DNA of 62,600 nt, counting the filler, from Atractiella rhizophila (lineage: Eukaryota), in assembly GCA_021432655.1 (NCBI GenBank). It is 3 parts of 3 records of this genome, joined end to end, with 100 filler letters (N's around TTAATTAATTAA, not from the genome) between each part and the next. Parts side by side here need not be neighbours in the genome. Positions count along the whole stretch, not along the records: positions 27,144 to 54,143 come from MU271751.1; positions 54,244 to 62,600 come from MU271824.1; 1 more part is not named here. One strand, 5' to 3'. The position numbers and the translations under genes are program-made. Under the pieces are notes generated by a model. The model saw nothing but the letters and a program-made list of their open reading frames with translations. It searched no databases and was not told the origin of the DNA. Positions 47,890 through 61,696 of this stretch are shown here, piece by piece. Each line of letters begins with the position of its first letter. Positions within the stretch are counted from its first letter, which is position 1.

Positions 47890-50047
47890 ATGAAAGCATC
47901 AGAGTTTATATTGGTGCTGGTAGATGGCTCCACAGTCACGGTGAGCGATCCAGTTTCTGCCTGCACTATGAGTGCTTTGTTGTAAGATTAGACACTGCTG
48001 AATTGGACAGTTATTCATCAGGGCTCGCTTAAATCATCAAAATTTAGTGTTAAACTGCCAGTTCGGCATGATATCAATCAAATATTACATTAGTCTCACG
48101 ATTCTCATTCTATTCAAGATTACTCATTCAAATGCTCACAGTTCAACGACGAGTACGATCCTCCTAATTCCGCTTCTTCAGAAAGCATCAATGCTTCTCT
48201 CTGTGTGCTTCAAGATGCCATTTACTCTGTGACTCAAAAGAAAGGCGCTCAAATTCGAGTCTTCCTTTTTTACGACTCGGAGAGCAAGGAACTCCATCAG
48301 GAGAGTAGATTCCATCGCCTTTTCAATGAGGCAGAGCATTGTTATGCCATAGATATTTCGTTTAGTCGCATATTAGCTAAAATCACCGGTCTGTTTGCAT
48401 AATTTTCCTACCGCGATTTGCTAAAAAAGAACATTGCTGTCGGAAGAAACCACCTCTCGTACGCTTTCTCTCCAACTTGCCTTGCTGTCCTCTGCGTTGG
48501 ATGTACGACGCCGAGTCATGTCCCACTCCTCAAAACGGCGAAGGAGGTATCCAAGCGAGTGTTGATTGGATTGCATCAGCAAGAAGAAGATCTATCCGCC
48601 GAGCTGGAGGAAGTGAATATCGAGACACTTGATCTGAGGAGTATCTTCCGTTCTTTCCACAGCAATGGAGATGAGGCAGCTGGTACCGTGGAGCTAGGGA
48701 CATCAGAAAAGAGGAAGAATGAAGGTGGTGGAGCTGCAGAGCCGCATGCAAAGGTGTGTCCTTAGTCTCCCCGATTTCTGCAGGTTCTCACTGTGATCGC
48801 AAAGAGAGCGAAGCCATCTCCAGTTGCCCAGTTGACTTACTACACCGCGACTGACACGGATCTCAATGCTAATGCGGCCCTAGCTCAGTCCTCAGCCGAA
48901 CCTGCCTGCGAGTATGAAAGGACACTGTCAAATCCCCAAGGAAAACCGTCACCTACTGAAAAAGGACGTGACAAAATTAAGTCGTCCTCAGATTTTGTAG
49001 AGATGAGGAGATTCGATAGACCTCATCAGACCCTTACGGATTATCCGACGCCTCCTATAAGGACGAGAAACTATGAAGAGGGAAAGCGGCTGTCTGATTC
49101 CTGGAATCCTTCCTCTGGCACGAACCCCCATCCTCAACCAGTCGCTATACGTAGACCAGGAGAAGTGACAACAGGACGGGAGGTTAATGAGTTATACGTC
49201 AGTGCTCTGCAATTCTGTGTCACCGTTCCCTGATCATCAATGGTATAGCCGCTAGTCTTTCAAAATGCCTCCACTCTGCAAACGATAATACAGGCTCACT
49301 TTAGACGCTCATGGTGAGTGGAAGCGCAGGATGAGGATGTGCAATTCCGATTGCAAACAGAGCCATGCCTATACCTTAACGGATGCTCAACTGAGGCAAT
49401 TCACGGATGAGTTGAGGCATGTCGAGCTGTGCAGTGCACGCAAGGAGTGTGTCCTTGCTAATTCTCAGCTTTCCACGCCCTGCCCATACAACAAACACTG
49501 GACAGCCCCTGACGTGAAGAACTGTTCTTCGTTTCCGTTCCAGCTTAACTAAAAGGTATTGTAGAAACGAGAGGATGTTCATCGACGCGACAGGCTGCGA
49601 ACATCAGACGAGAGGAACGTAATCGATGATTCTCCTACAATAATCTACCACTCGTCCCGCTCGGTAACTTTCTTGCCTATGTCGTAAGCAAGTGTTGAAG
49701 AATCTGCAGGAACCACGATCCGCAGGTCCATGTATCGTCAATCCTAACCGCAAGCTAGATTTGGACAAGGTGCTCTCTTGTTTAGATTCTGGATATATTA
49801 CTTACAATTAACCCAGTCTTTACTCCTACAGAATCCCCGAATATGTATAGGCGACGCCGTCGGTCACTGTGACGAAGAATGTGGCCGAGAACATGTCCTT
49901 TTCTCAACTGAAGAATATGCCAAGTTGAAAGAGACGGTCCGGCAGCACCTCAACTGCGAATCCCAGTTGAGATGTCATTTCTTCAGCGAGGAGGACGACT
50001 GTCCATTTCACAATAGGCATTGGTCAGAAATGAATAGTTGTCTTTAG
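47890..50047 (+). CDS. Fungal protein with N-terminal PIN/NYN-like (DUF7923-like) domain and tandem CCCH-type zinc fingers; exon model incomplete
   Basis: MKASEFILVLVDGSTVT|FNDEY...IRVFLFYD; C-terminal CNSDCKQSH...C..RKEC...CPYNKH and CIGDAVGHCDEECGREH...CESQLRC...CPFHNRH. Confidence 0.55.
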
Positions 50048-52001
50048 AAATAGTGGAACTCAATGTGAGTATACTGCCTTGTCATTCTAATTCCAATCCC
50101 TCGCTTCCTACTTGAACGTTGAACGTTGAACGTCGAACATCGAAGACGCGAGATCGTAATTCAACGACTCTCGATTATTCTCGATACTAACCTCACACGC
50201 ACCACTCAGGCTTCGAGCTTCCGAGTCTCCCTTGCCTCACAACAACAAGCAATCAGCCGCCAGAAATGGAAGTGTAGTCCAATGATAGCATCTGTACCGC
50301 AAAGAGCAATTGGTCTCGAAGGATTGATCGAGATGAGTTGGAGTGTCTCATCGGAATACTCTTCAGCACGCCTGGAATCCGTGAAAATTACAATTATTTA
50401 GAGCCTACAAGCAAAGAGCTCCATACTTTTTCTACCATTGGTGATGATGTGGTCGAACTTCGGAAAATGGTGACTTCAATGTCGCAAGCTTGAAGCATTG
50501 GATTCTATCAGGTCCAATGAGGGGAGATGAGTGTATTCGGCTGGGCGATGATAAAGGCGTCCAAGCGAACAATTCAGCTCGCCTGATTTTGGCTATCACC
50601 AGGACACCAGTCGCAAACGTATTCCAGCTGTTTGCAGTGGGCTGGCTGCCAAGGTCACTGATTATCCATTTTTGAAGGGTTTCATCAAGCTGAGACCGAT
50701 GCCAACGACACCTTCGCTCGCAAATATGACTATTCAGGTGCCTTTTCTCCTTCCATAGGCGGAATTGACCCTGAAGACTCCCCTCTCGTTTAATAGTCGG
50801 ACTTAGGAAAAGCGAATCAGACCAATTACTGTGAATCCTGACAGATTGGACACGGAACACGCGATTCGACCTTTTCTTATTTTACGACTTGAAACGCTTT
50901 CGAGTTTCTGTCGCTACTCCCAATCATCTCTTTTACACGCTGCCTGGACATTTTCGGGGAGCCCCTCCATGGAACTGTGCCCTCGAATTAAGCGCTCTGT
51001 CGACTGAGCACTCTCAAACCGTCATTGGTTCTTCCACTCCATTCCGTTCTAAATTTCAGGCATAGTGCACTCTCCGATCCATGTCCTACTATCTACGAGA
51101 GATGCCATCTGGCAGGCACAATTCTTTGGACTTATCCTACCTCACCCTGATGACCTTCCTGTGCGAATTTCATCAAACACCGCAAAGCCATTCTCCGGGG
51201 GTACAGCTAGTTTTACGCTGAGACAAGCGAACAGCTGCAAGATTCCGGTCTATCTGCTGAAGTGCTCCAGGCAACGTGGGATTGGCATCGTTTGCAGTCG
51301 AAAAACCGGTTCAAACGACCAAAAAAAAGTGCTTTATGAACAAGGAAAGCACCCGACAAAGCAGGGCAAGACTGTCGAACCCATTTCCAACTCTGCGCCG
51401 ATGACGACTACAGGAGCATCGAATTAAGTTCTAACGGATAGGTAGACCAGAGGATCCTAGAAGAAGTGCAAGTGGAGCCCTCAAGGTTTGGGGACACTGA
51501 GCCGGACGGTGCCATAAAATATGGAGAGGTGGATATGGTTGTTTTGGCGTTTCAGTAGCCACTAACAAGTCAATGTTGATAATGTTTATGATAACATGAC
51601 ATTCTATTTTGAGGCCAAGCATGGAGGCGTGAAGCGCAGGAAGCTGAAGCTAACGATTATCACAATTGGTTCGCGAGCTGACACCCAAAGCATCTTCTCA
51701 GAGTATAGTAGTCGAATAGTCAGGACATCTACCTCCCACAAAGATCAACATTCGATGTTTATTACGTTCCGATCCTATCAATGACATTAATGACGGACGC
51801 TTCAGCTCGCTTCCCAAATTCATCTTTCAGCACAATCAGTTTCATTTCACAAAAGTAATGCGATGTATAGAGACATTATCGCCCGACAAGTCAAAATCAT
51901 TAGCTTGAACACAAATCAGGAGGCTGGAGAACCGTTCACAATCTGGAATAAAAGAAGAAAAGCCTGTCGATCGAATCACTCTGAAAAAGGGCAGCTTAGT
52001 C

Positions 52002-53430
52002 TCACTTCTTCCTTTTCTTTGCAGACTCGACCTCCTCCGGTGCGGTCTTCCTCTTCGTCCCATTCGGCGTCACAGTCGCTTTCACTGCAGAAGCAGGTTT
52101 CTTAGGCGGCTCCGTATCGTCTTCCTCCGACTCGGACTCGCTCGAGCTTGAAGCTTTCGAGTCGTCCTCCTCTCCGGAAGAGGACTCGCTCTCGGATTCA
52201 GAAGAGGACGAAGCTGGAGTTCGTGCCTGTCATTCTCATTTATTAGAACCTGTACCTGTGCGGGGGATAACGGGTGACGTGCCTTTGACGCGGCTGCAGC
52301 TTCTTTTGTCACTGCCACAGTCTTGGGTGTGGCGGTCTTTTTCTCCGCTGCGACCTGTCCACACGAACCATCAGTGGGACGGTCGTGATAGACTGGGAGA
52401 AATGGACCACGCACGACTTTGGAGACTGGTTTTTCCTTCTTCTCCTTCTCTTTACCCTTATCCTTCGCGACTGGCTTCTCTTTCTCAGCTTCCGAAGTCT
52501 TCTCCTTCGTCTTTCTCTCCTTCTTCTCCTTTACTAGTTCGGGATGAGCTTTCTGGTACTCTTCCATGTCCTCCTTGTACGTCTCGAGCAGTCGGGCGTG
52601 CTTGTCTTGATACTCCTGCTCTCACAACGGTTCATGGTTAACGTCCATCTCAGGTGATCCAGAAAACACAAGGAATAAGGGAACAGTTCCCATCATAGCT
52701 TCAAGGAAGTGGAAACTATCGAGGAAGAGAACATAAAAAGAAGGCAAACTCCAGTCTCCCGGTCTAAAATGAAGAAAGAACACACCTTCTTCTGTTCATC
52801 GTTCAAGTCCTTCCAATCACTCCCAATCTGTTTCTGCAACTCTGTCCAAGTCATTCCCGGATTCTCAGTCTTCATCTTCTCAATCATGCCATTCTGATAC
52901 ATCAAATAAGCGCCAGGCGGCTTCTTCGGCGCATTCGGGTCCCTTTCCTTCTTCTCCTTCTTCTCCCTAACAGCTCCCTCCTTCCTCGCCCTCTTCACAG
53001 GTGCAGCGTCAGCTTCCATCGTCGCAAAAGTAGGCAGACTCTTGGGACCGCCTCCACTCGTTCCTCCAGAACTCTTCGTCTTTCCATTAGCCTTTGCTTC
53101 CTTCGAACTCGCATTCGGGACGGCAACGGCATAAGGGGTAGGGTTAGCGAAAGCGGGACTGGACGCGAGACTCGAGTCGGTGAAGAGCATTCCGGCGTCG
53201 AGGAGCGCTCTCATCTTCTGGAGGTCTTCGCCGTTCGCGAACTGGGCGCAGTGGGCGAGCTGGTCGAGGTAGCGGTGGAGGTTCTGTTGGGCGGACTGGA
53301 GCTGGTGGGTCGAGTTGGCGACTTGTTGGTGGCCGTTTATTATCTGGGACTGGAGGATGGAGATGTGCTGGAAGATGTTGGTCACGCTCGTCATCAGCGT
53401 CGACGTCTGTGCTGCGTCAGGGGGAGCCAT
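52002..53430 (-). CDS. HMG-box chromatin protein (Hmo1-like), multi-exon
   Basis: RDPNAPKKPPGAYLMYQN...ELQKQIGSDWKDLNDEQKK|EYQ HMG box; K/E-rich and S/E-rich tail ending KKRKK*. Confidence 0.9.
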
Positions 53431-54096
53431 GCTGGGTTGTCGTGAAAGAGCTGACTGCCAAAATAAATTTTTGTGCTGGTGGGGCGGGCGGAATTTGCAC
53501 AACAAAAGAGATGATGATGATGATGATGTCTATTATTGGGCTTGACGCGACTGGCCAGCTCTTCGCCTTCGCCAGAATGAAGTAACGACACATGACTAGA
53601 CTTCCTCTCCTCTCCAAGAACGTAAGAAGTCTTAGACCTGAAGCAGGTTTTTCTTTGCCCACTTTGCAGAATTGATTATTCTGAAGCAGAACAGGGATAG
53701 GCGGAGGGTCCCAATTCCTCCAACTTTGGACAAGGCAACACTCTTCATTGCATTAGGGGTTTCAAGACAGTTTCAGCGGTTTGGAGAATCCGCAGTCCAC
53801 CTTGGGCAATTAAGCGGTCTGGTTTTGAACCTTTCTTCTCAAAGTCGAAAGTCTTGGGCAGTTAAGTGATTCAGCCAAATCTGCATCCGTCGCCTATGCC
53901 TTTTCGTTTTCAGCGGTTGCGTTCAGCGGTTTAGCTGGATCGAGTAGTGATCCATCACCGAGGCATACTTCTACCATCCTTTCGTGTCCGCAACAATCAG
54001 TTCCCTCAGTTTTGTACCAAATAGGAATCGTGATGATGAGATACGAAGGTACCTTCTTTGCCAGCAGAAACTGAATTCGCGGCCCGTGTACCACAT

Positions 54097-54419
54097 TAAG
54101 CGTCCCCCGACTCTCGAAGCCATCGAAGTTCCTCATTCTCGCGNNNNNNNNNNNNNNNNNNNNNNNNNNNNNNNNNNNNNNNNNNNNTTAATTAATTAAN
54201 NNNNNNNNNNNNNNNNNNNNNNNNNNNNNNNNNNNNNNNNNNNGGAGCAGCATTCTCGTCGTTGTCGCTCCAGGGGAGATTCTCCATCAGCGACTTGCGT
54301 TTGAGCTTCTTGGGTGGCCGTCTCAGCGTTTTAAATTCGCCAGAAACTTGAGAATGATCAGGCGGCAGAAAGGAGCGGAGGGTCTGGACACTCTTGTGCT
54401 TTGACGTTGAAGAGGACAT
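54097..54419 (-). CDS. Hypothetical gene fragments flanking the linker gap
   Basis: MSSSTSKHKSVQTLRSFL...SDNDENAA runs into the gap; RENEELRWLRESGDA* emerges on the other side. Whether they are one gene is unproven. Confidence 0.35.
54144..54243. other. Artificial 100-nt contig-join linker
   Basis: 44 N + TTAATTAATTAA + 44 N. Confidence 0.97.
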
Positions 54420-55379
54420 CGTTGATTCTGGTTGCCTTCCTTCAGACTGCCGCGGAACCAATTCAGACGAGGCATTCACGTGATTAATCAAGGAGTTGTG
54501 CCCCTCTGCCATTTACAGCGTGTTTCGACCACAAGTTCACTCGGAGGAGTGGAATTACAGATAAAAGGATCATGAAATGGGCACGAAAAAGCTAAAACGA
54601 TAAGTGAGCTATCTGCAGTGTGAAATGATCCATCCATACTTCCTATCGGTCAGGCAAAAGTCCGCCCTCACTCACCGGCTCAGGAACCTCTGGAACGACG
54701 AGCTCGAGCCATACCGTGCCTCCCGTCCAGTCACGTTCGCAATAGTGGCTTACTGTCGTTGTCACTTACCTATGTCTCGCTTACATAGGCTCTCGAAACG
54801 GTAGTTCTTTGCACGCGGTCCGCTTCCTAGTTATAACCGCAGCTCGACTGGATATTGTGGCTCAGGCGGTAAAGATCTCACAAGAAAGCTACTCAGACTC
54901 CTGTCTGCATTCCATTCCTGACATTTGCTGGCTTTAATATTAGGAGACAATACGAGAAATTGAATCTCATGGGTCTCGAGAGCAAACGGCTGGAATATTT
55001 CTCCCTGTAAGCGATAAATTGATTGGCTTCAGTCGTGTGGATTGAAAGTATTTAAATGGAGTGATTAAATACAAAAATCCACGCATTTCTTTCTTCAGCC
55101 TCAGTCGATCAGCTCTTGCAGGGTAGACCCTTTGACGGGACACAACACCTGCCTAACCAATGGCGTAATAAGTTCACCTGTGAAGTCGCCAGGGCAGTCT
55201 CATCATTCCCAGCACTGTCCTGTTGAACTGTTCGGAAACAGCTCAGTCTATTGAGCCACTCGATTTGATTGGAAGATTTGGAGTCAAAGGAAGAGCCGTG
55301 CCGGATTGGTTCAGACAGATGGCCCAGAAGAATCGAGCGCCTCGAGCAACAACGGTTCAGTACAGCAAAGGACCGCTAC

Positions 55380-56569
55380 CTAAAATTCTATTGTGTGGAA
55401 GTTCCTGACGGTCGAATATCAATTCGATATCTATCAGAAGGGACTGGGAAAGGACGAACGGATAGCACAACTCTGACTCCAGCGCCTTCCTCGCAACCTC
55501 CAAAACAAATTTCTCAATTTTCCCCACATTCCTCAGCACGCTTCCACTCTGTTCTCTCCCTGACGCTCCAACGGAACTTCCCAAACCTGAAGGCTCTCCC
55601 ATGCCGCTCCCAATCTCGCTATCCACCACAATCTCCCTCAAGATCTGCTCTGCCATGCGCTCCTCTCCATCTCCTGCTGATGAGCCAAACGTATATCCTT
55701 CTCGACTCGGTATCCCNNNNNNNNNNNNNNNNNNNNNNNNNNNNNNNNNNNNNNNNNNNNNNNNNNNNNNNNNNNNNNNNNNNNNNNNNNNNNNNNNNNN
55801 NNNNNNNNNNNNNNNNNNNNNNNNNNNNNNNNNNNNNNNNNNNNNNNNNNNNNNNNNNNNNNNNNNNNNNNNNNNNNNNNNNNNNNNNNNNNNNNNNNNN
55901 NNNNNNNNNNNNNNNNNNNNNNNNNNNNNNNNNNNNNNNNNNNNNNNNNNNNNNNNNNNNNNNNNNNNNNNNNNNNNNNNNNNNNNNNNNNNNNNNNNNN
56001 NNNNNNNNNNNNNNNNNNNNNNNNNNNNNNNNNNNNNNNNNNNNNNNNNNNNNNNNNNNNNNNNNNNNNNNNNNNNNNNNNNNNNNNNNNNNNNNNNNNN
56101 NNNNNNNNNNNNNNNNNNNNNNNNNNNNNNNNNNNNNNNNNNNNNNNNNNNNNNNNNNNNNNNNNNNNNNNNNNNNNNNNNNNNNNNNNNNNNNNNNNNN
56201 NNNNNNNNNNNNNNNNNNNNNNNNNNNNNNNNNNNNNNNNNNNNNNNNNNNNNNNNNNNNNNNNNNNNNNNNNNNNNNNNNNNNNNNNNNNNNNNNNNNN
56301 NNNNNNNNNNNNNNNNNNNNNNNNNNNNNNNNNNNNNNNNNNNNNNNNNNNNNNNNNNNNNNNNNNNNNNNNNNNNNNNNNNNNNNGTCGATAATCTTCA
56401 CCCGTGGTTTGAAGTCCGGGTCTTCTAGTGGTAATTCAAAGGCAATTATTTCGACTGGTCCTAGGAAAACTGGGCGGGTGTGGTTCCGCGAAAATGTTTC
56501 GTTGAGGGAGTTTTGTAGTGATTTTTGCAGGGACGGCCCTAGAAGGGAAAAATCGAAGTCGATGCTCAT
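55380..56569 (-). CDS. MDM12: ERMES subunit Mdm12 (middle lost in gap 55717-56386)
   Basis: MSIDFDF...RPVFLGPVEIIAFE N-terminus; VDSEIG...VLRNVGKIEKFVLEVARKALESELCYP|NFHTIEF* C-terminus. Confidence 0.9.
55717..56386. other. Assembly gap (N run)
   Basis: Run of N. Confidence 1.
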
Positions 56570-57345
56570 AGGCTACACTTCAAACTAAAAGCGATTGGTC
56601 AACCAGCTGCTTAAATATTTGACAACTTGAGCAAAAACTCAATAGCTCATCTAATATACGTCGAAATTCAAGTTCAGCTGCAATGAAATCTCGAGAGAAC
56701 ACATCGGAAAAGCACAAGAAGTGTAAGATGAAACCTGATTAGGATCTGGGATAGAACCCGGAGCTATTGAGGCTGTATGTGGTGTGATGGCCTGGACAAC
56801 TTCTAACTGGAGTAACAAGCTCATTCCAATTCATTAGCTTAGATAAGGGAAGTAGAAGAGTTGATTTCTATCCCCACTAAGACATAAAAACCATGCCCTT
56901 GCATGATCAAAGTAGCATGCCAGTGCCTTCTGGAATACAAGCATTAAGGCTTCAACTTGTAGTGACTGGGGCCGCTCTCAATGTTTACAGGCACTGCTCT
57001 GTAAGGAATTTACAATGAGAGCATTCAAAACGCTTCTTTGGATTGGATATCCACAAAGGAAAAAGTCGCTGCAGCCAAAATGGAGGCTCACCTGAGCAAC
57101 CAACAAGGATTTTGATAGCAAGCACAATATGCCTCAGATTATTCACCTCCTCAAACGCCTCTAGTTACTTCGGCTCTGAGCACACAAACTTGAGAGTGGA
57201 TCGAGAAGTTGTTCGTAAATGGCGCCGATTTCCTTTCCTGGAAGGTCGTTTGCGTCCTTGTTGAAGTTGTCATTGCTTCCGCTTTGCCACCATAAATCAA
57301 GGAATCGCCAAACACCACCTACCATTACCTTTCTTCTTTCAAATC

Positions 57346-58029
57346 ATGCCTAAAGTTAAGACTTCTCGGACTAAGCCACCTCCGGAAGGTTTTGAGGAGA
57401 TAGAGGACATCCTTGAAGAGTACGCTCGGAAGATGCGTGATGGTTTGTCTCTCCCTCTTCCTTCCCATGCTTGTTCTAATGAGCTTTGCAAATTTACCAG
57501 CTGAAACGGAATCCCACGAAGGAAAACGAAAGACTGAGGCCGTGTGGCCGATAATGAGAATCACACATACTCGCTCGAGGTATATCTACGATCTGTATTA
57601 TAAACGAGAAGCGATCTCGCAGGAGCTTTATGAGTGGCTACTTGAAGAGAAGTACGCAGATGCGAAGTGCGTCTCTCCTTCTCATGTCCAATCAATTGAG
57701 CTAACACATGAGAGCAGTCTGATTGCGAAGTGGAAGAAGACTGGATACGAAAAGCTTTGCTGCGTACGCTGCATTCAAAGTCGAGTGCGTCTCCTCCTTC
57801 GGAATCTCTCTACTATTCTCGACGCACGAGGAGGTTTGCTGAAGTGAGGACGCGGTGCAGGACATGAACTATGCAGGTTCAGCATGCATATGTCGAGTTC
57901 CAAAAGCAGTTCTCAAAGCTGGCACAATAGTGGAATGCGTGCATTGTGGTACGTTGTTTCCTAAATTCCCTTCACGTCTGATTTACGCATGCTGCGAAAG
58001 GTTGCCGTGGTTGTGCTTCTAGTGACTGA
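57346..58029 (+). CDS. BUD31: Splicing factor Bud31/G10, five exons
   Basis: [73 protein letters not shown]. Confidence 0.97.
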
Positions 58030-58278
58030 GCTTTCCGTAATAAAATCCATTTCAGGTCAATTGTGTACGTCTCCCTATTCCGTGCAAACAAACCTTTTCA
58101 GCAGACCTTCGTGCTGCTATTACTTCAGAGACTAGGAGACCCCCTAAATAATCTCGAATGCAGTAAGTATGTCGAGCCATGACAATGTTGCCCTCCCGCA
58201 TCATGGTGACTTTCTTCCCAGCTTCTCTCAGTTCTTTTCAGTTTTCTCCGTGTCCTTTCCGGACTCATTTTCCGAATT

Positions 58279-60612
58279 CTACAAGATATGCGTGACTCCC
58301 CAGAAACCTGCCCTGTCCAGCTCTGCTGCAGTTCTACCCAGATAGGAATCAGTTATATCAGCTCAAAAGGGAGAGGACATACATCTCTCTTGCCTCCGTT
58401 TCTGAAACTAATGTCCTGAAGGGTGACGCGGCTTTAGCGTATTCACTGCCCAGGACGATGATTATCAAAGGTCTACCGTCCTTTGTCAATCATGCTTCCG
58501 CAGCAGTGAGGGCTCACATTGATGACGGTATATCCCTGCAAGCAGTATACAGTGCTTTAGTCGAATTGATGTCCAAACTGTTGGCGATCACCTACGCAGA
58601 AACAGGTTGATTGAGCCAGTTTATAAAGGTTAGAAAGCGTCTTGCCTTGTTTATTCCAACATCCCATAGCTTTAGCCACTTGTTGCCCTTTTTGCTTTTT
58701 TTGCCCTTTTTCCCTGTGCTCTTATCCATGATAACAGGGGTACACCATCCAACACCGACACTTTCAAGAGTTTTGAGCGAGTTATCGAGTTCGTCCCAAG
58801 ATTGGAAGAGGGTCCCTGAGACAGCAGCACTAGTGGGCACGTCCCCAAAAATCCAACTCCAACCTGTTCTCCTACTCGGAAGGGCTGCCAGTCGTTGTGC
58901 AATTTGATGCGTCGTCCCTTCCGTAATGCGAACAAAATAAGTTGGTGTCGGATGGTGGCTTAGCGGTTGAAGCGATTGGCGAGGAGCGAGAGGCGCGGAC
59001 GACGCTGACTGGTCCGCAATCGAGGTGTTCGCCGCCAGTTCAGTTCTGGCGGTCTCTGCTTCCATCACTCGATCTTGCAACCTCGAGATTTGCTCTTCAT
59101 ACTCCTCTTGGCGCAACTCGTAATCCTCCTGCCGTTGTTGATACGCCAGGAGTTCAGCTTCGAGCGCTGCGATCCGATCCTGTAACGAGGTTTGGTCTCT
59201 CTCTGCTTCTTCATTAGGGACCGGCGTCGAACAAGCAGTCATGAAGCGTGGATCCTTCTCCCAGGCCTCTTCATCTCCCGTTGGCGAGACAATTCGTGCT
59301 TCTAGTACGAGGGGAACATCAGGAATGGCAAGAAACTGGTCGAACGCAGTGTGCGAGCTCGACTGATTGGGAACCGGAAAGGGGTCTTCCAGAACAGAGT
59401 GCTTGCCAGGAAACGCATCATCAAATTCGATTGCTCGCCTTTCTTCAGCTGAGGCTGGTTCTGGTGTCGGATTCCAGTCCTCAGGCACTTCACCTGCTGG
59501 TACTTCTTCGGCTGCATAAGCCGGTTCAGGTGTCATCCTCTTAACAACTTCTTCAAAGTGCTCTTGGGTAGTAGTCTGTACGTGGGATCCATAATGATTC
59601 TCGTCGAATGCCTCTCTAGCCACATCGATGAAAGGAGAAGGAGGTCCATCCGCCCGATCGTTCGCTGGGTCATTCTGTCCACTGCCACAGGTGTTGATGA
59701 AGTGTTCCACAAACTCGACATCTGACGCTGTTTCAGCGAGAGGAATCGTTAGGACGTCATCGCTGCCTGGAAGTAGGTTTTCTGATAGAGGAGCAGGAGA
59801 GCGCTCATCACTTTGGCTCAAATTGTTAGGAAAGACCGACGGAAGGATCTGTTCAGATGCCCTGCTGAGGTCAGGAGGATTGGTCACAGGATGGACGGCG
59901 GGGTTTGGTTCTGTACGGATGGAATCGAGCTTGGGCAAAGCCTTTTGGAGGTCTGTCATGCCCTTTTTGAGGTCCTTCATACCCGGAACGACGTTCGCGA
60001 GGAGTTGCTTGATGTGGTCGAGGTCGGCACGCAGCTCTTCCTCCCCCATCGTCGTTCCCGCTTCCTCCGTTTTACCCTCAGAATAGGATTGGGACGTCTC
60101 CGCCTGAGAGGTCTGGTTCTGTTTAGCGAATGCGAGGTCCTCAGCGATTCGGGACGCTAATTCTTCTTGAACCCGCTCTTTGTCCGCATGGCACAGGCTA
60201 TACTTGACGAGGAGCGAGTCGAGGATACCCCTATACGCCGCACACTGGCATTCTGGCTCTGTCGCTTCTCGTTCTGGATGCACCGGATCAGAGTCGTGGG
60301 GTTCGAGGAGTTCGTGCGTTTCGGAAGTCGTCGTCGAATTAGAGTGCTAGAAAAACTAGAATGTGAGATGTGGGCGACAGAAGGGGAGGAGAACGGACGA
60401 CGCACCTGCACGCTGTCTAGCTGGCTTTGGATCGAGTCCAGACGTGCGTTCAATGGTTGGAGGTACTTGAGAAAGAATCGCTCCTTCGCCCCTCATCAAT
60501 CTCCACACCGACCACGCAAATTACAATAACTGCAGGAAAGGAGGAAAAGACGTGAAGGACGGGACAGACCTCGATCAACGAGCAGAGCTCTGTCAAACTG
60601 ACTTGGACCATG
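58279..60612 (-). CDS. Hypothetical acidic coiled-coil protein, multi-exon; start uncertain
   Basis: 563-aa ORF 58592-60283 with heptad segments (LQDRIAALEAELLAYQQRQE); three in-frame 3' exons end GFWGVTHIL* at 58279. Confidence 0.65.
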
Positions 60613-61696
60613 TCGACGAAGGCGCTCCAACTGTTCTCTCTGATTATAAAGGATTCTGAATCGAGAGGTAGGAACAGGGACAAAAGTAAAAGCGAAAGGA
60701 CGAGGGTCGGTTGTACTTTCGTTTAAGGAGCAAAGCCTAAGGCGGGCCTGTTTTGACAAGTTTGTACGTAAGTCAGGGCGAGGAATGTGAGGGAGCTGTC
60801 GCCGTCTAAATGCTTATCTGCACATTTGACCAGATCCATATTGTTAGTAAACAGCCGCGGTCAGCCAGCCTTTCTAGCATCGGAGGTGCAGCTGAGAGGA
60901 GGAGATCGAACCTGATCGAGGAATCAAATGCTCACCTTACGCCTCACCGGCGCTCTACATGGGGCACGTGAGACGGCCGACAGGGTTCAAGTTGTTGGAG
61001 AGGGGAGTTGTTGTCGCGATATTTTGGGCGGAATGGTAATGCGAACATGGATTGCAGATTGCAGATTGTAGATGAGGAGGGCACATCAATTCGAGGTCAT
61101 ATTAATTCGAGGGCATATGTATCCGAGCTGGACACTTGACAACTGATCGTGGCGGCTTTTGGATTCTTTTCGTGAGCTGAGAACTGAATTGAGTGAGAAA
61201 ACAAGTTGAACTGAACTTTGGGACACGGCATGGCATGGAAGGATGCGATTTTGCGTTGCGTTGAAGACCGATTCACTGATTCACTGATCGAGACAGACGA
61301 GCATGAGCTAGATTGGTTGGATGAGAATGCTGGACGTAATGCGCTTGAATCACCTGTCAGCGATAGAACCGAAAAATGAGGACGAAAGGAGACGTACAGA
61401 TACTTGTACAGATTAACTAGAGACAAAGAGCACTCAAGGGGTCGTTGAGAAGCTTCACGAGATCCGAATTCCTGCACAAAATTGTATTTTCTAGTGACTC
61501 ATTTTTGTGATAGATACGAGCTCACAGGAGCAATGGATCCCTGGTGCTCCGTAGCCGTTTGAGACGACAAGAAGGCGTCGTGACGACGAGAAAGGGGCTG
61601 TTTAGTGTGTTCAGGAGGATTTATCACTGAAAGATTGGTCGGAAGACGCACATTCTCTGGGGGTTCTCCACGGAGACGAAAGCCTCGAGGTTCCTC

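Noticed and set aside
52002..53430. HMG-box gene as a mating-type locus
   Set aside because: The DPNAPKKP-type non-sequence-specific box with acidic/basic tail fits Hmo1/Nhp6-like proteins; no homeodomain or pheromone receptor genes nearby.
54570..55400. Possible plus-strand spliced gene converging on MDM12; similar fragments at 45553-46490 and 61097-61477
   Set aside because: Splice-like signals exist, but I could not build a consistent ORF or recognise a family.
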